Source of the DNA: Octopus sinensis
Lineage: Eukaryota
Direction of reading: 5' to 3'
DNA: 64,000 nt
Assembly (NCBI RefSeq): GCF_006345805.1
Contig: NC_043001.1
Location: 101,308,001-101,372,000 of the forward strand
In this document: piece by piece, positions 25,007 through 39,614 of the stretch
How positions within the stretch are numbered: the stretch's first letter is position 1
Layout of the letters: each line of letters begins with the position of its first letter
The notes under the pieces: model-generated
What the model was told of the DNA's origin: nothing
What the model saw: the letters and a program-made list of their open reading frames with translations, nothing else
The model's database searches: none
Translations under genes and position numbers: made by a program

Positions 25007-25058
<52 letters not shown>

Positions 25059-25099
25059 CATCATTATTATTATCATTATTCAGGTCACTGCTATATGCC
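24857..25099 (-). mobile_element. Family D element, inverted copy lacking the tRNA body
   Basis: Reverse complement of 25104-25110 joined to about 25165-25348, including the (ATT)n tract and the HHR. Confidence 0.8.
24903..24948 (-). ncRNA. Type I hammerhead ribozyme (minimal, PLE-type)
   Basis: Minus strand reads GACTC-CTGAAGA-A-GGCTG(GAGGGTATAT)CAACC-GAAAC-GT-T-GAGTC. Stem I GACTC/GAGTC is perfect, the core is intact and stem III is the palindrome ACGT. Confidence 0.75.
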
Positions 25100-25103
25100 T
25101 GTC

Positions 25104-25173
25104 GGCATATGGCGTAGTGGTTAAAAGCGTGGGTTACTAATCCCAAGATTCCGAATTCGATTTCAGACATTGA

Positions 25174-25209
<36 letters not shown>

Positions 25210-25366
25210 CATCGAAAAATGCCTTTGGAATGAGAACCCAGGTTCGAAATTTCCCCAAGGCACCTGATGAAGGATGGAGAGTAAATCAGACGAAACTCTG
25301 TGTTAACAACAAACAAGATGAGGACAAATATCCATCAAATGTAAATAATGTAAATAATGTACATAA
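25104..25366 (+). mobile_element. Family D: tRNA-like head, (AAT)n, HHR-bearing 3' region
   Basis: A box TGGCGTAGTGG (25110-25120), B-box-like GAATTCGATTT (25153-25163), (AAT)n, degenerate HHR at 25259-25304 and an (AATGTAAAT)n tail. Confidence 0.75.
25259..25304 (+). ncRNA. Degenerate hammerhead ribozyme
   Basis: GGCAC-CTGATGA-A-GGATG..CAGAC-GAAAC-TC-T-GTGTT. Core and stem I are retained; stems II and III are mutated. Confidence 0.55.
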
Positions 25367-25997
25367 CTCCTCATCTCTTTGAAATTTGAAATTCTGAGAT
25401 ATTTCTAAGTAGGCCATTTATAATACATTTTGGATTGAGAGAATTCTTCTTCATATGCTGAAATTTTTCCTTCATTTTTAATTCATTAAAAAATTTAGAG
25501 AGATTTTCTTAGTTCTTCTAAATAAGACCAAAAATAAATCAAGGCTTGTAAAAAGAGAGTGATCATGATATAATCCTCAGCCAAAGTCCAGAATTTTTTA
25601 AATTTGATTTCTGATGAATAAAACTTATCAAATCATTTATCTGAGCTGATTTGGAAGAACTCTGAATAATATCCAAATTATCATGTCTCAATATTCTAGA
25701 GCAGTAATGATCCATGAAGACCAATGTATTCCAGCAATTATGTTTATATCTCCAACTGTTAAATCATAATTTCTTTCTAGTGAAAACGAGCACCTCATTT
25801 TGGAGATACAAAAGAATAACAACTAATTACTCTTAAAGTTTAAGGTGGAAGGTTTTATATTATTCAGTAATCCCAGAAACCATTCAATGATATCCCATAG
25901 AATTATCCTAACAAAATTATTTAATATATTTTGCTACTTCCAGCATTATATATATATATTTATTTATTCCGTGTCTTAGTGCATCTACACAATCCTA

Positions 25998-26051
<54 letters not shown>

Positions 26052-26164
26052 GCATAGATACACACATACATACCTATCTATCTATCTATCTATATCTATC
26101 TATATCTATCTATCCATCTTTCTATCTATCTGTCTGTCTGTATGTCTATCTATCTATCTGTCTG

Positions 26165-26239
<75 letters not shown>

Positions 26240-27083
26240 CTCTATCCAAGCTTCCTGGACAGTGCCTCAGCTAGCAAGCTCCTGTCAAACCATCCAACCC
26301 ATGCCAGCATGGAACATGGACATTAAATGATGGCAACGATGATGATGATGGAGTTAACATGTGTAGATACATACATACATGTGTGTATGAATGTGTGTTT
26401 GTGTGTGTGTGTGCATCTTTCTCTCTTTCTCTCCCTCTCTCTTCTATGTTACTAGTTTTGTTCTTTATTCTCCTCTCCGACTATCTAAAAGATTGCTGAT
26501 TCCTAATTCAATATAAACACTTTATCCAAATGTAAATTTTCTATTTTTCTATTGTGTGTCTGAGCAATCTCTAATAGGAGATAACTTACATATTTTCCTC
26601 TACATGGACATTTTTGTAACTCCTACTACCAATTGAAACACATGTAATGGTGAATAAATAACTCCGAAAATTTTTCTAATCTGCTTTCTTATATATAATT
26701 ATATATATATGTACATTTGTGTGTGTGTACTAACTGGAGGTTTCCTGTACTAAGGTCCTCTCGCATAGAACCATCGTTTGGATAAAAGATTTCTCTCCTC
26801 TTCTTGCTTGCCACTGAATCGCTAATTATGGATACCAAGAATGTGACATATGCGTCATACAAGTGTATATCCCTTGAATCAAGCGAAATACTGGCATCTT
26901 AATTAGATGGCTGCCATCTGATAGGATAAAGCAATACACACATATATAAATATATATACACACACACACACACATATATATATGCTCATATATATATATA
27001 TATCATTTTCATATATATGTATGCATATATATGTGTGTGTGTGTGTGTGTGTGTCTGTACATGTATGTGTGTGAGTGTATGTT

Positions 27084-27114
<31 letters not shown>

Positions 27115-27140
27115 TATATATATATAAATATATAAATATG

Positions 27141-27175
<35 letters not shown>

Positions 27176-28899
27176 TATATATATAAATATACATATATAT
27201 ATATATATTTACATGATACTCACAAACAATGATTGCATACATAGCATATTAACATATGAAAATACAGTTACATATAGATACACAGACATATGTGCATAAA
27301 AATACACATACATACATAAATACATACATGCATTATATACAGTCCAGCTAATATACATACATACATACGTATATGTTGAGAGAGATTTAGTAAAACACTT
27401 GTTTTAGTAAAGCAACTTCCCTGAAGATATTGCCAGACTCTGGCTGAAGAGAAGGAAGCAGAGGTTGGTGGTGGTGGGGAGGGAAAGATTTCAGATAACA
27501 AAAGGATGAAGTATTGGTGGATGGTGAATTCACTATTGAAGAGCAGAAGCAATGCACCTGGGACTGGGCAAGTTGTAGAGATGCAGGAATGACCAGTAGT
27601 AGACTGCAGATTTGAATTGTATCCTCTGTGGATGTTAGGCACTGGATCAATACTTCAGAAGTTTAATTTGGCAACAAAAGAAGTGTTTTTGTTTCTTTGT
27701 AGACTGAGAGCTTTGAGAATAGTTCCATGGGGTGGGGAAATGGTGGAAGAAGGTGGGCGGGGGTTCGTGGTGAAGGCGGTGATGGTTGTAGAAGTGGGGA
27801 TAATGAAGGGGAAGGACAGAGGTGGCAGTTGAGTTGGTAGTGTTTGTTGTGGTTGTAATGATGTTGTTGATGACAATGATGGTGATGATGATGATGATGA
27901 CAACAATGATAATGACAATGATGATTATGATGGTTGTGATGATGGTGGTGGTGTTGGTGGTGATAATGATGTGGATGATGATGATACAAGTAGTTTTGAA
28001 TATTGGATTTTTGTGGTAGTTTTGGTGAATCACATGAGCCATGTTGGTTATGATGCTGGTGGTGGTGATGATGGTGGTTGCAGAAGATTTTATTACATTG
28101 ATCTATCAGTCTTATGATCAAAGGCATTCCAACCATGAGCATCCCACCTTCCTGTATACACAGAACTACATTTTTCAGTGTTTTCTTCATTCTTCGAGTG
28201 TGATCTGAAGGAATTTGACTGCTATATTTAGCACATTGAATATCCACATAGGTATGACTTTATTAGATGGTGGTGATGGTGGTACAGATGAAGGATCCTG
28301 ATGATGACGGTGGTGGTGGTGGTGGTGGTGGTGGTGGTAGTAGTAGCAGTAACAGCAGCAGGTATTGTTGTAGAGGTTGTTGTGTTGGTAAGATATTGGT
28401 TTTAATGGAAAATCAGCAAGGATGTGGTAGGAACTTTAGGTAGTGTTTGGGTTATAGCTCTGTTGATGATGATGATGATGGTAGCTGAGTTGAAGAACAC
28501 AAGAGAAAGGGATGAAATAATTGCCAAAATGCATTTTGTCCAATGTTTTATTTATTATTTAATTATTATTACCAATAATTATAATAATGATTTCAAATTT
28601 TGGCACAAGGCCAGCAATTTAGAGGGAGGGGTAAGTCAATTACATCAACCCCAGAGAACCATGAAGTTCAGATTAATACAGTTAACAATGCATCCTTGAA
28701 TGGGTGACCCCCATCGTTTACATTATCTTTATCCTGGGCCAATTCTGTTCGTGCTCCACTCATTCTTGGTGCAGTTACCATAAGTGGAACTTGCTTAGGA
28801 GGTGCAAACCCAGGCACAAGTTCAACAGCTTTTACAAATGAGGTCGATTTTTTGCAATCTTGATGTAAAAAAAAATAGTGCCACATAAAATGCTTCCAT

Positions 28900-29365
28900 G
28901 TTGGTGCCATGTAGAAAGTGGTTGGGGTTATGAAAGACATCTAACTGTAGAAACCATGCCAAAAGAGACAATTGGAGTCTGGTGCAGCTCTCTGGCTTGC
29001 CAGTTCCTGTCAAACTGTCCAACCCATGCCAGCATGAAAAGCAGAAGTTTAATTATGATGATGGGTCGTGGGTCGTTGCCAGTGCCACCTGACTTCCACC
29101 CCGTGCCGGTAGCATGTAAAAAGCACCATCTGAACGTGGCCAATGCCAGTGCTGCTTGACTGGCTCCTGTGCCGGTGGCACATAAAAAGCACCCACTACA
29201 CTCTCAGAGTGGTTGGCATTAGAAAGGGCATCCAGCTGTAGAAACATTGCCAGATCAGATTGGAGCCTGGTGTGGCCTCCTGGCTTGCCAGTCCTCAGTC
29301 AAACCGTCCAGCCCATGCCAGCATAAAAAACGGACGTTCAATGATGATGATGATGATGATGATGG
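28900..29365 (+). mobile_element. Two tandem family G retroposons
   Basis: Two successive CCAACCCATGCCAGCAT...(GAT)n 3' ends, at about 29020-29050 and 29310-29365. Confidence 0.75.
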
Positions 29366-30537
29366 CATCTACAATTATTGTTACAATTTGACATTGGCAA
29401 GATTTGACCCCAGGAGGCAAAGAGCCAAAATTATTACCTCAAGGTTTTTTATTCAATTCTAATAATTCTGCCAGAAACATGGCACTGGTGCATAGTATGA
29501 GGTGCATACTGAAAGAAGACTCATTCTAAACTGCCTTTCAGTAAATTCTCTTTTGCAGAGAACCTCTTTCTCCACACTCCCTTTTTTCAGGTATAAGTTA
29601 ATCCTTTAGTATTCAGATTCTTCTGCCGATTGCAATGCTTATTTATTCCTCTTGTTTGGAATCAATCAGGCAAATATATCATAGTTTAAAAAATTTTGAT
29701 GATATAATTGCTTATTGTTTTGAATGACATTGTCAGATAAGTGTGAGACAGTTTTAATATTGAATTAATATTGAACAGGTTGAATATTATCAGCTGAAGA
29801 CGATGATCTCCTGGGGCTAAAAGCTTCAGTAACACCCACCCTTAATGGTTAGCCATATTGAGATGGCTAGTAAACTTTAGGTTGAATATTGTGAGCCAGA
29901 TATGGTCTGTTTAAATGCTGAAGGATTAAAGATGATGAATTCTTGGCCAAAGAGACAAGTGTCTGACTTGAGTCATTTCAATCTTGTCCATTTTACAATA
30001 TTTTTTTGCCATGCCCACCAATAAGAGGAAAACTGCTTGTTGTTCCCAATGAAAGGAATGTGAGATGATCCTGATGACAGAATTCAGCTCGTAGCTAGTT
30101 TCATCCCACATTCTACAGCAGTTGTTTGACCCATCAAGTAATATATGAGCAACGGATGAATGCATGTAGCAAGATTTCATTATACCACATGAGCGTCAGA
30201 TAAACGTGACTGAAAGAACAACGGAGCCTCTGTAGGCTTCTTCCCTAAGCAGCAATGTCTCTTGGTAGCATTGTAAGGTGAAGCATTCTGGGAGTTTCCA
30301 GCTGTCCTCAAGCTGAAAATTAGAATAACAAAACAGTCAAATACTCTAATGACATTATTGTTTTGAAAAGTATTCGTTAATGTCCATGAATAAGAAATCG
30401 CTATCACGAAGAAAATATTAAAAAATGCCTCCTGTAGATTCATACAGATACTTGATCGTATTTCTGCATCTTTTTATCCATTCATACTCCGTTCATATAT
30501 CTGCTTGTCTGTCTGACTGTCTCTCTCTTTCTCTTCA

Positions 30538-30570
<33 letters not shown>

Positions 30571-31481
30571 CTTTTCTCTTTTTCTCCCTTTACACACACA
30601 CACACCTATACACATAGTTACATACACTTTAGTGTGTGTGTGTGTGTGTGCGCGTGTGTATAACTCCATCTGTCTGTCTATACACACAGGTAAATGCCTG
30701 TAGCATAGCAGAGACGGGTGAAAAGACAAGTAATTCCATCAGTTGTTCACATGAGATAATAAATCTAGATGTGCAATGCTTCCAATGGGCTTTCAACCAT
30801 CAACCATTGTTTTTACAATGTCAAGCATTCTGCAATTCCAGTGAAAATTAATGAGCCATCATCGCACGATGAGACCTCTCTCAGAACTGATTAGCAATAA
30901 TAAGAATACTTTTAGACAACCATTATCAATTTTCTCTGGAAATTCTTTAATCAAAAGTTGAATGAATTTATATGAGAATTCTATACTATTGAAAATTCGA
31001 GCTTTCTTCCTTTCCTTCCTTTTCTATTTTTCCTTTTTCATTTAGCATTTCTTTTGTATAACTTTAAAAAAAAATTGATATTTATTTTTAAAAGATTTTA
31101 TCAAATCTCCATTACTGTAGACTTTCTCCCTTTCTCTCTTCCTCTGTCACTCTCACTCCCCCCTCTCTCTCTCTCTCTCAACCAAACACTAAATGACTCT
31201 GTATGTCCCTTGTATCTCTTTTTTTTTTGTTCTCCTCCATAATTCAGGTTAAAGAAAATTAAAAACTTGAAGAAAGAAAGAAAAATTTTATTAGTAACTC
31301 AATAGATAGACTTTTCATTTTAGCCAATCATATTTCAATAACTTACATTTTCAGTAGATGAAATGGAGATTAATCTCAAACTCACCCCAACATCTTTTAC
31401 TACTTCTCAAAAGCTGAAATAGCTATGGGCTTGTCCCTTTACTTGAAAATAAAACAAGACCAATCAAAAACACATTAACTT

Positions 31482-33053
<1,572 letters not shown>

Positions 33054-33419
33054 TCTCCATTATGGCAAAGCCTAAAATAAGAACAATCACTTCTAATTCT
33101 CCTCAAATAAAAAAAAAAAATAACAGAATTATGAACCAGATGGATTATTTTGCTATATTTTTGCTACAGTCAACATTCCAGTTTGAAGTATTTTATTTAT
33201 TCTTGTATTTCAAGTTCTACATCTAAATATTTTGCCAGATCTTAAGATACTGTTTCAGGTTTGACAATAGCCTGGCCCATCAAATATTATGTTAATCCAT
33301 TCAATTCTAATCTCTCACCAAATCCCAAACAATGCAAAATAACAGTTTTTGCTTTGACAAATTTCTTACTGATCACCTCGGAAATTTATAAAATTCACTC
33401 AGAAATGGTAAGTTACCTT

Positions 33420-33790
33420 GGCACAGGCATGGTAAGAAATCAACTTTCCAGCCACATGGTTCTCAGTTCAGTCCCACTGCATGACACCATGGGCAAGTGT
33501 CCACTAGTATTACCTTGGGCTGACCAAAGCCTTGTGAGTGGATTTGGAAGATGGAAACTGAAAGAAGCCTCTCATATGTGTGTGTGTGTGTGTATGTGTG
33601 TGCGCGTGTGTGTGTGTGTTTGTGTGTGCTTATGTGTGTGTTTGACAACCAGTGTTAGTGTATTTACATCCCTGTAACTTAGCAGTTCAGCAAATAGAAT
33701 AAATACCAGGCTTAAAAACTAAAGATCCTTCATTTTGGTGCCCCAGCATGGCCGCAATCTAATGACAGAAACAAGTAAAAGCTAAAAGCT
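33420..33790 (+). mobile_element. SINE family A
   Basis: Head, (TG)n spacer and 3' half. Confidence 0.75.
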
Positions 33791-34065
33791 AAAAGCTCAA
33801 TTGAGGTCATGCAGTGCAGAGTAAGATTTGTGATAACTCTGGACATGCTTTGGTTTCATTTGACCATGTCCTTGGTCTCACCTACATTTGCTGGTCATCT
33901 TGGCTGATTGAAAGACAGCAAAGAATTGGAATGACTAACTCCTGACTAGGAATCAGATACAACTGAGACTCACAACTCACCTTTGCAGGTACCAGCAGCA
34001 TCCTTTTTGGTTTGACTTAGCTGATAATTCTGAGATCAAATCTACTCAAATCAAAGGCAGAGGTT

Positions 34066-34325
34066 CCCGACCATTTTTTTCTATGGATCCCCTCGATTCC
34101 TGTTTTACTCGGATGGAACCTTATAACCATTGAGTGTTTAAAATCTCTTATTATATTTTTGTAAATGAAATATTATTAGGAACTGGATTCATAAAACAAT
34201 TAAAATATTTCGTGTACTGTAGAGGTATAACCAATTTATTGCAATTTGCTGCAGATAAATTTTAATGACAACATCTTAAATGGACCCCCAAGGGTCATAA
34301 GAACTTTGGTTGAAAGCTGTTGGTT
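34066..34325. mobile_element. hAT/Charlie-like MITE, degenerate
   Basis: CAGAGGTTCCCGACC ... GGTTGAAAGCTGTTG termini. Related ends occur near 20035 and 61540-61557. Confidence 0.45.
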
Positions 34326-35149
34326 TGAGAGGAATTATATCTCAATGGATGGCAGTGTGGAAGTTAAGGTAATTCTCAGTATACCGTGTCTGTAATACAT
34401 GACAGGACATCTCTTGTTGTTAAGAAACATACACAGAATTCTGTAATGCCAGATCTCATCCAAATTTGGTTTAATAAAGTGACATCCTCAACACTTCAGA
34501 TTCACCCCCAGATCTTTCATAATACAACCATCTTTTCACTGAATCACAACAAGTGAATAGATGTATGAATAAATGAATAAATTAATTAATCACCTATGGA
34601 AGTCTTTCAATGGTTTTGTAATGAAAGAATTTATGTTTTTGCTGTATGTCATGTATTTGTCTGGTTTGCTATGTTAACATCTTGTAGTTAATATCCAGAT
34701 GCATTACCAAATCTTAATTATCTTATAACATTATTCAATCAGACAATTTTTTCAATATTTCAAGTCAGAGGCAGAATTTACAAACAGGGCCCACAACTAA
34801 TTTATGTCACCATTGCCATCCCATAATTCCTTAATCTCTATAGAAGTTTCAAACCTTATGATACCAATACATAGTGTTCCTGAGTAATTAACATCAAGAT
34901 GAAAGCTCGCTATTTCAGTGCACATATCAAAGTCAAAGAGCTGTGGAATAGGGAATGGGTAGGGAGTTGCTTTCAAAATTAACAGGTTCCATAGTTTTGC
35001 TAATCCTGTTCAAATGTAGAATCGACAGGATCCTATCCATTGCATTCTGTGAGTGTTGCTTTCTCAATTTAGGTTGAAATAATTTTGCATCCTTTAACAC
35101 TGTCACTTCTCTTGCTTCCATTCTCTCTTTCAGCTGACAGATCCTTGTC

Positions 35150-35445
35150 TTGCAAGCTACATGGTGACCCCACTGGTGCTGGCACCACATAAAATGCACC
35201 CATGTTGGCACCATATAAAATGCACCTGAGCTGGTGTCATGTAAAAAGCTCCTCTGCTGGTGAGACATAAAATGCAACCAATACTTTGCAAAGTGGTTGG
35301 CATTAGGAAGGGCATCCAGCCATAGAAACCATACTACAATAGACAATTGAAGTCTTGTGCAGCTCTTTGATTTGTCAGCTCCTGTCAAACTGTCCAACCC
35401 ATGCCAGCATGGAAAACAGACATTAAATGATGATGATGATGATCA
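35150..35445 (+). mobile_element. Family G retroposon
   Basis: Family G body plus CATGCCAGCATGG...(ATG)n tail. Confidence 0.75.
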
Positions 35446-35935
35446 TCATCATCATTGTTCGACCGTGGTCGAGACAATGGAATTTACCATGCTACGCCAG
35501 ACTTCACGGTCCATCATGGCATTACGGAGGTCCTGTTGCTGGATGCCTGTATCCCTGGAGATTACATCAGGGTAGGAGAGTGTGCGCCCTCTGGTATTGC
35601 GAGTAGATGGCTTCCAGAGGAGAAGAGTAGAAATTACTTCTTTTTCAGCTCTACAACAATGTCCAGCAAACTGGACTCTCCTACCTTTCACAAGAGATGA
35701 CACAGGTGGTAGTTTCCTATATATTTGCATTTTGGTTGGATGGCGCTTCCACGAGAGATTTTGAGCTCTCATAAGGAGGCGAGTGTAGGTTCCATCCAAC
35801 CGCCTCTCAAGCTTCTTTGATAACATACAGGTTTCTGAGCCATATAGTAGAATTGGTTCGACTGTGGCTTTGAATATTTCAAGTTTGAAGTCTCTACTTA
35901 GATTTGATGACCAGATCTTATGATGAAGAGTGAAG
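35446..35935 (-). mobile_element. 5'-truncated RTE-X-like LINE 3' end
   Basis: KIWSSNLSRDFKLEIFKATVEPILLYGSET-MLSKKLERRLDGTYTRLLMRAQNLSWKRHPT...RRVQFAGHC...DREVWR, then stop and a (TGA)n tail. Confidence 0.8.
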
Positions 35936-35954
35936 AAAAGAGCAGGTGGTTCTT

Positions 35955-36130
35955 CATCATCATTATCATTAAATGTCCGTTTTCCATGCTGGCATGGGTT
36001 GGACAGTTTGACAGGAGATGGCTAGGCAGAAGACTACATCGAGCTCTGCTGCCTGTTTTGGTATGGCTTCTATGGCCTGTTTTGGTATGCCCTTTCTAAT
36101 GCCAACCACTTTACAGAGTGTATTGGATAC
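35955..36130 (-). mobile_element. Family G retroposon
   Basis: (CAT)n tail plus family G body. Confidence 0.7.
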
Positions 36131-36289
36131 TTCTTTCATGCTACCAGCACCAGTGAAATTCCCAAGGAACTTACGAGACAGAAAAAGAAGAGCAACTAAA
36201 AAGGAAATTGAAAATGTTCCTGCTACAAAATGGCTGGCAGTGAGTGTCTGAGAGTGTGAGATGGCTTTTCGCTGGATATTCTTTTCTAC

Positions 36290-36490
36290 TCTAGGCACAA
36301 GGCCCGAAATTTTGGGGGAGGGGGCCAGTCAATTAGATCGACTCCAGTGCACAACTGGTACTTAATTTATCGACCCCAAAAGGATGAAAGGCAAAGTCAG
36401 CCTTGGCCAAATTTCAACTCAGAACGTAACAGCAGGCAAAATATTGCTAAGCATTTCACCTGGCTAACATTTCTGCCAGCTCACCATCTT
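36290..36490 (-). mobile_element. SINE family B variant
   Basis: AAAGGATGAAAGGCAAAGTC...ATTTCAACTCAGAACGTAAC...TTCTGCCAGCTC. Confidence 0.7.
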
Positions 36491-37238
36491 AGCTTTTTGC
36501 TGGATATTGAAAAGCAGAGGGACAGACATAGATGTCTTACTATTGAGAAGATACATTGCTACCACACACATTACAAAGGGATGGATAAGGGGAGAAGTAG
36601 TAGAGAAGGAGGCAAAAGAAGCTGGGGAAGGGGTGGCAGAACAAAGTCACAAGAGACAAGGAGGTGAGCATAAGAGAGAATATGGACAGTGGGTCACAGG
36701 ATGGGAAGGGAGGCAGGGGAAATTCATAAGAGTGTGAGGGCAGAGTACATCATTATTATTATCATCATCATCATCATCATCATTCAACATCCATTTTCCA
36801 TGTTGGTATGAGTTGAATGGCTTGAGAGGAGCTGATAAGGCCAGGGGCTGCACCAGGTTCCATGGTCTGTTTGGGGATGGTTTCTACAGCTGGACGAGGC
36901 CCTTCCTAATGCCAACCACTTTAGAGAGTGGCCCTGGGGGCCTTCTGTGTGGCACTGGCACAGGTGCTTTTTACATTCAGCTAAATTTTAAAACAGTGTT
37001 TTGTTTTGCAAGTCCATGCAAGTACCATTCCAGTCAGTAATGCTAGGGAAATGAAATCATTAACCATCAAATATTTCCATCCTCAACGTCAACATCATCG
37101 TTCACAACAGCTTCCTCCACTGTCCATCACAATACCAATAACTTGTACACACACACACACACACACACAAACCCATGCACACAAATACACACAGAAACAC
37201 TCACACATAAACACACAAACACACACACACACATACAT

Positions 37239-37269
<31 letters not shown>

Positions 37270-38091
37270 CACAAACATACACACACACACAAACACGCAC
37301 AAACATACACACACACACACACACACACAATCACCGACTCTTACCACCAACCTAACACCACTAATAATTTCAGCATTAATCTACAATACCGATATAGAGA
37401 AGTTGATAATTCTTTAGATGTGTCCTTATATTTCATGTGATATCACATTAATATCCCATGTTTGAGCACAAACTAGTTGAATGTCAATAACTAAACAGAT
37501 GACGGTATATACATCTGCATCTAGATTCTCTTATCATTAATTATATAACAGTAAGATGAGATTCACAGCCAAGAATCATAAACTTCTGGTTCCTTTCATT
37601 TCATTTTTAACCTGTTCTTCTTTTCTCCTATGTTTTTCTTTATCAGCTCCATTTTTTTAGCTTCTTTGTAAGTTAATTATTCTAAGCATGAGTCTCTATA
37701 TCTTAGGATTTATTCATTAAATAAGGCAAAAAGTTACGTTGTAAGAAAGTAGCTGAAAGCTAGAAATGATGCTGGTTGTTGCAGGGAGGGAGGTGATACC
37801 TTGGAACACTTGACATTACAGAATATAGGATGTCATTTGAAGAAACATGGTAAAGTGGTCTACTGCAGACCCAGTTACTCTTAGTTGTCATGGAATCTGA
37901 GATTCCATTACAAAGATTCTATGGGTCTACAGTGGATAAACACACACACATATGAACATGTGCCTATGGGTCCCCTATCTCTCTCCTGCTCTCTCTCTCC
38001 CACTCTCTCTCTCTCCCACGCTCTCTCTCTCTCTGTATATAAATATGTATATTATGAGGTTGTAATAAGATTGCATATGTGTGTGTATGTA

Positions 38092-38122
<31 letters not shown>

Positions 38123-38170
38123 GTGCGCATTTATGTACAGTTATACCTGTTGCATTGTATATGTATATCA

Positions 38171-38208
<38 letters not shown>

Positions 38209-39224
38209 ATATATATATATATATACATACATATACATATATATATCTTTTTTGTATCATCTAACAGTCCGGTTGTATTGTTGTCACCTATTACATTCTT
38301 GGTCCATTTAATTTATTTTTATATACATATAGCAGCATATGTACACCTTTGGTCTCCTATATACATACACATATATATATATATATGTATATAAAGTTAA
38401 TCCAAGCATGAAAACACAAAGAGAAAACACAACAACAGATGGACGTGGAACATGTATAGTATTATTGGGCGCTCAGGAAAGGAAAGAAAGAAGGTGGATA
38501 TATATATATATATAAATGTGTGTATGTATATATTTTAATAAGTAGGTTACACCTGAGGCAGAGGCAGTATGTTCATGTAGGAGTAACACAACATGTCCAC
38601 TGAACGACCACTGTAACACAGAGACTGTCAAATATGAGGCAGAGCTGTCCATAAGGCTTTGGCTTTGTGGATACGAAACCTTTGGTAACTATATGACCAA
38701 AATTAAAATTTTTGTTGTAATACACATACACATGCACACATATACAGAGAGAGAGAAAGAGAGAGAGAGAGATAAAAAATGGACAAATACATACATATGG
38801 TATTATATATTTTATATTGTTTACAAAAGATGTTATATAAACATAACCATAAACATAACTACAAAAACGAAAATACTCCTAGATACTTCTTTACAGCTGT
38901 TTCAAAAGTTCAGCAACTGGTTGATGCTGTAATGAGTATTACACAAAGAGGCATGCGCACTGAAGAAGTTATACTCATCAAACAAGTAGAAAACAATATT
39001 ACGAACTGATATGATATTTGCTTAAATGTAAGCCCTAGGCTTTGCAGGAAGGAGTGGCAAAATGGCATCCATCTACATCTAATACATTTAACGACAATAA
39101 TAACATTAATAGTATTGATAATATTACTGATAATACTGTGATGAATTGGAATACTAATAAAACACTATTTCTAATGGTTGTTTAACATGTGATATGAAAA
39201 ATTGTAATGATTGAATACCCAGTA

Positions 39225-39475
39225 ATTGTCCTCAGGGCCCTTGGGTCGGTCATTGCTTACAATATAATGTAGTTTACAGATGCACTCTTTATAGTAAGCA
39301 CCAAACTTTGACCGAAATATACATTGGATCTTCCAGTGATGTCATAAGACAATACTCAGCTCATGTGTGCTCCTTTGCTAATATTAAGGACAAAATCATC
39401 CACTGCATTAACAAATTCTATCCATTACCTTAGGGCTGAGAATTTTTCCTATGAGATTACATGGTTTGTTTGGGG
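39225..39475 (+). mobile_element. Penelope-like GIY-YIG endonuclease remnant
   Basis: CLQYNVVYRCT...EIYIGSSSDVIRQYSAHVCSF, then after a frameshift STALTNSIHYLRAENFSYEITW. Confidence 0.7.
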
Positions 39476-39614
39476 GGCTGGATGACCTTACTAAGGTGGT
39501 TGCACAACATGCAATTCATGTTTTAGGGAACTTCTGGAAAAATTATAGGTAAATCAGAATTATCTCTTTAGCAGACGTCAGGATGCAATTACCTTCTATA
39601 GACATCATATTTTC

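Noticed and set aside
25104-25170. Functional tRNA gene
   Set aside because: No acceptor stem pairing, a degenerate B box and a poor anticodon stem. It continues directly into a repeat body, so it is a SINE-type head.
25380-25930. Possible decayed PLE RT next to the HHR dimer
   Set aside because: Only faint echoes (IKF, YKWPT, RHDNLDII) across several frames, which is too weak to call without an alignment.
30180-30312. Minus-strand exon after a strong acceptor (TTCTAATTTTCAG)
   Set aside because: All three frames end in stops within about 130 nt, there is no recognisable protein, and the phase does not fit the 28858 candidate exon.
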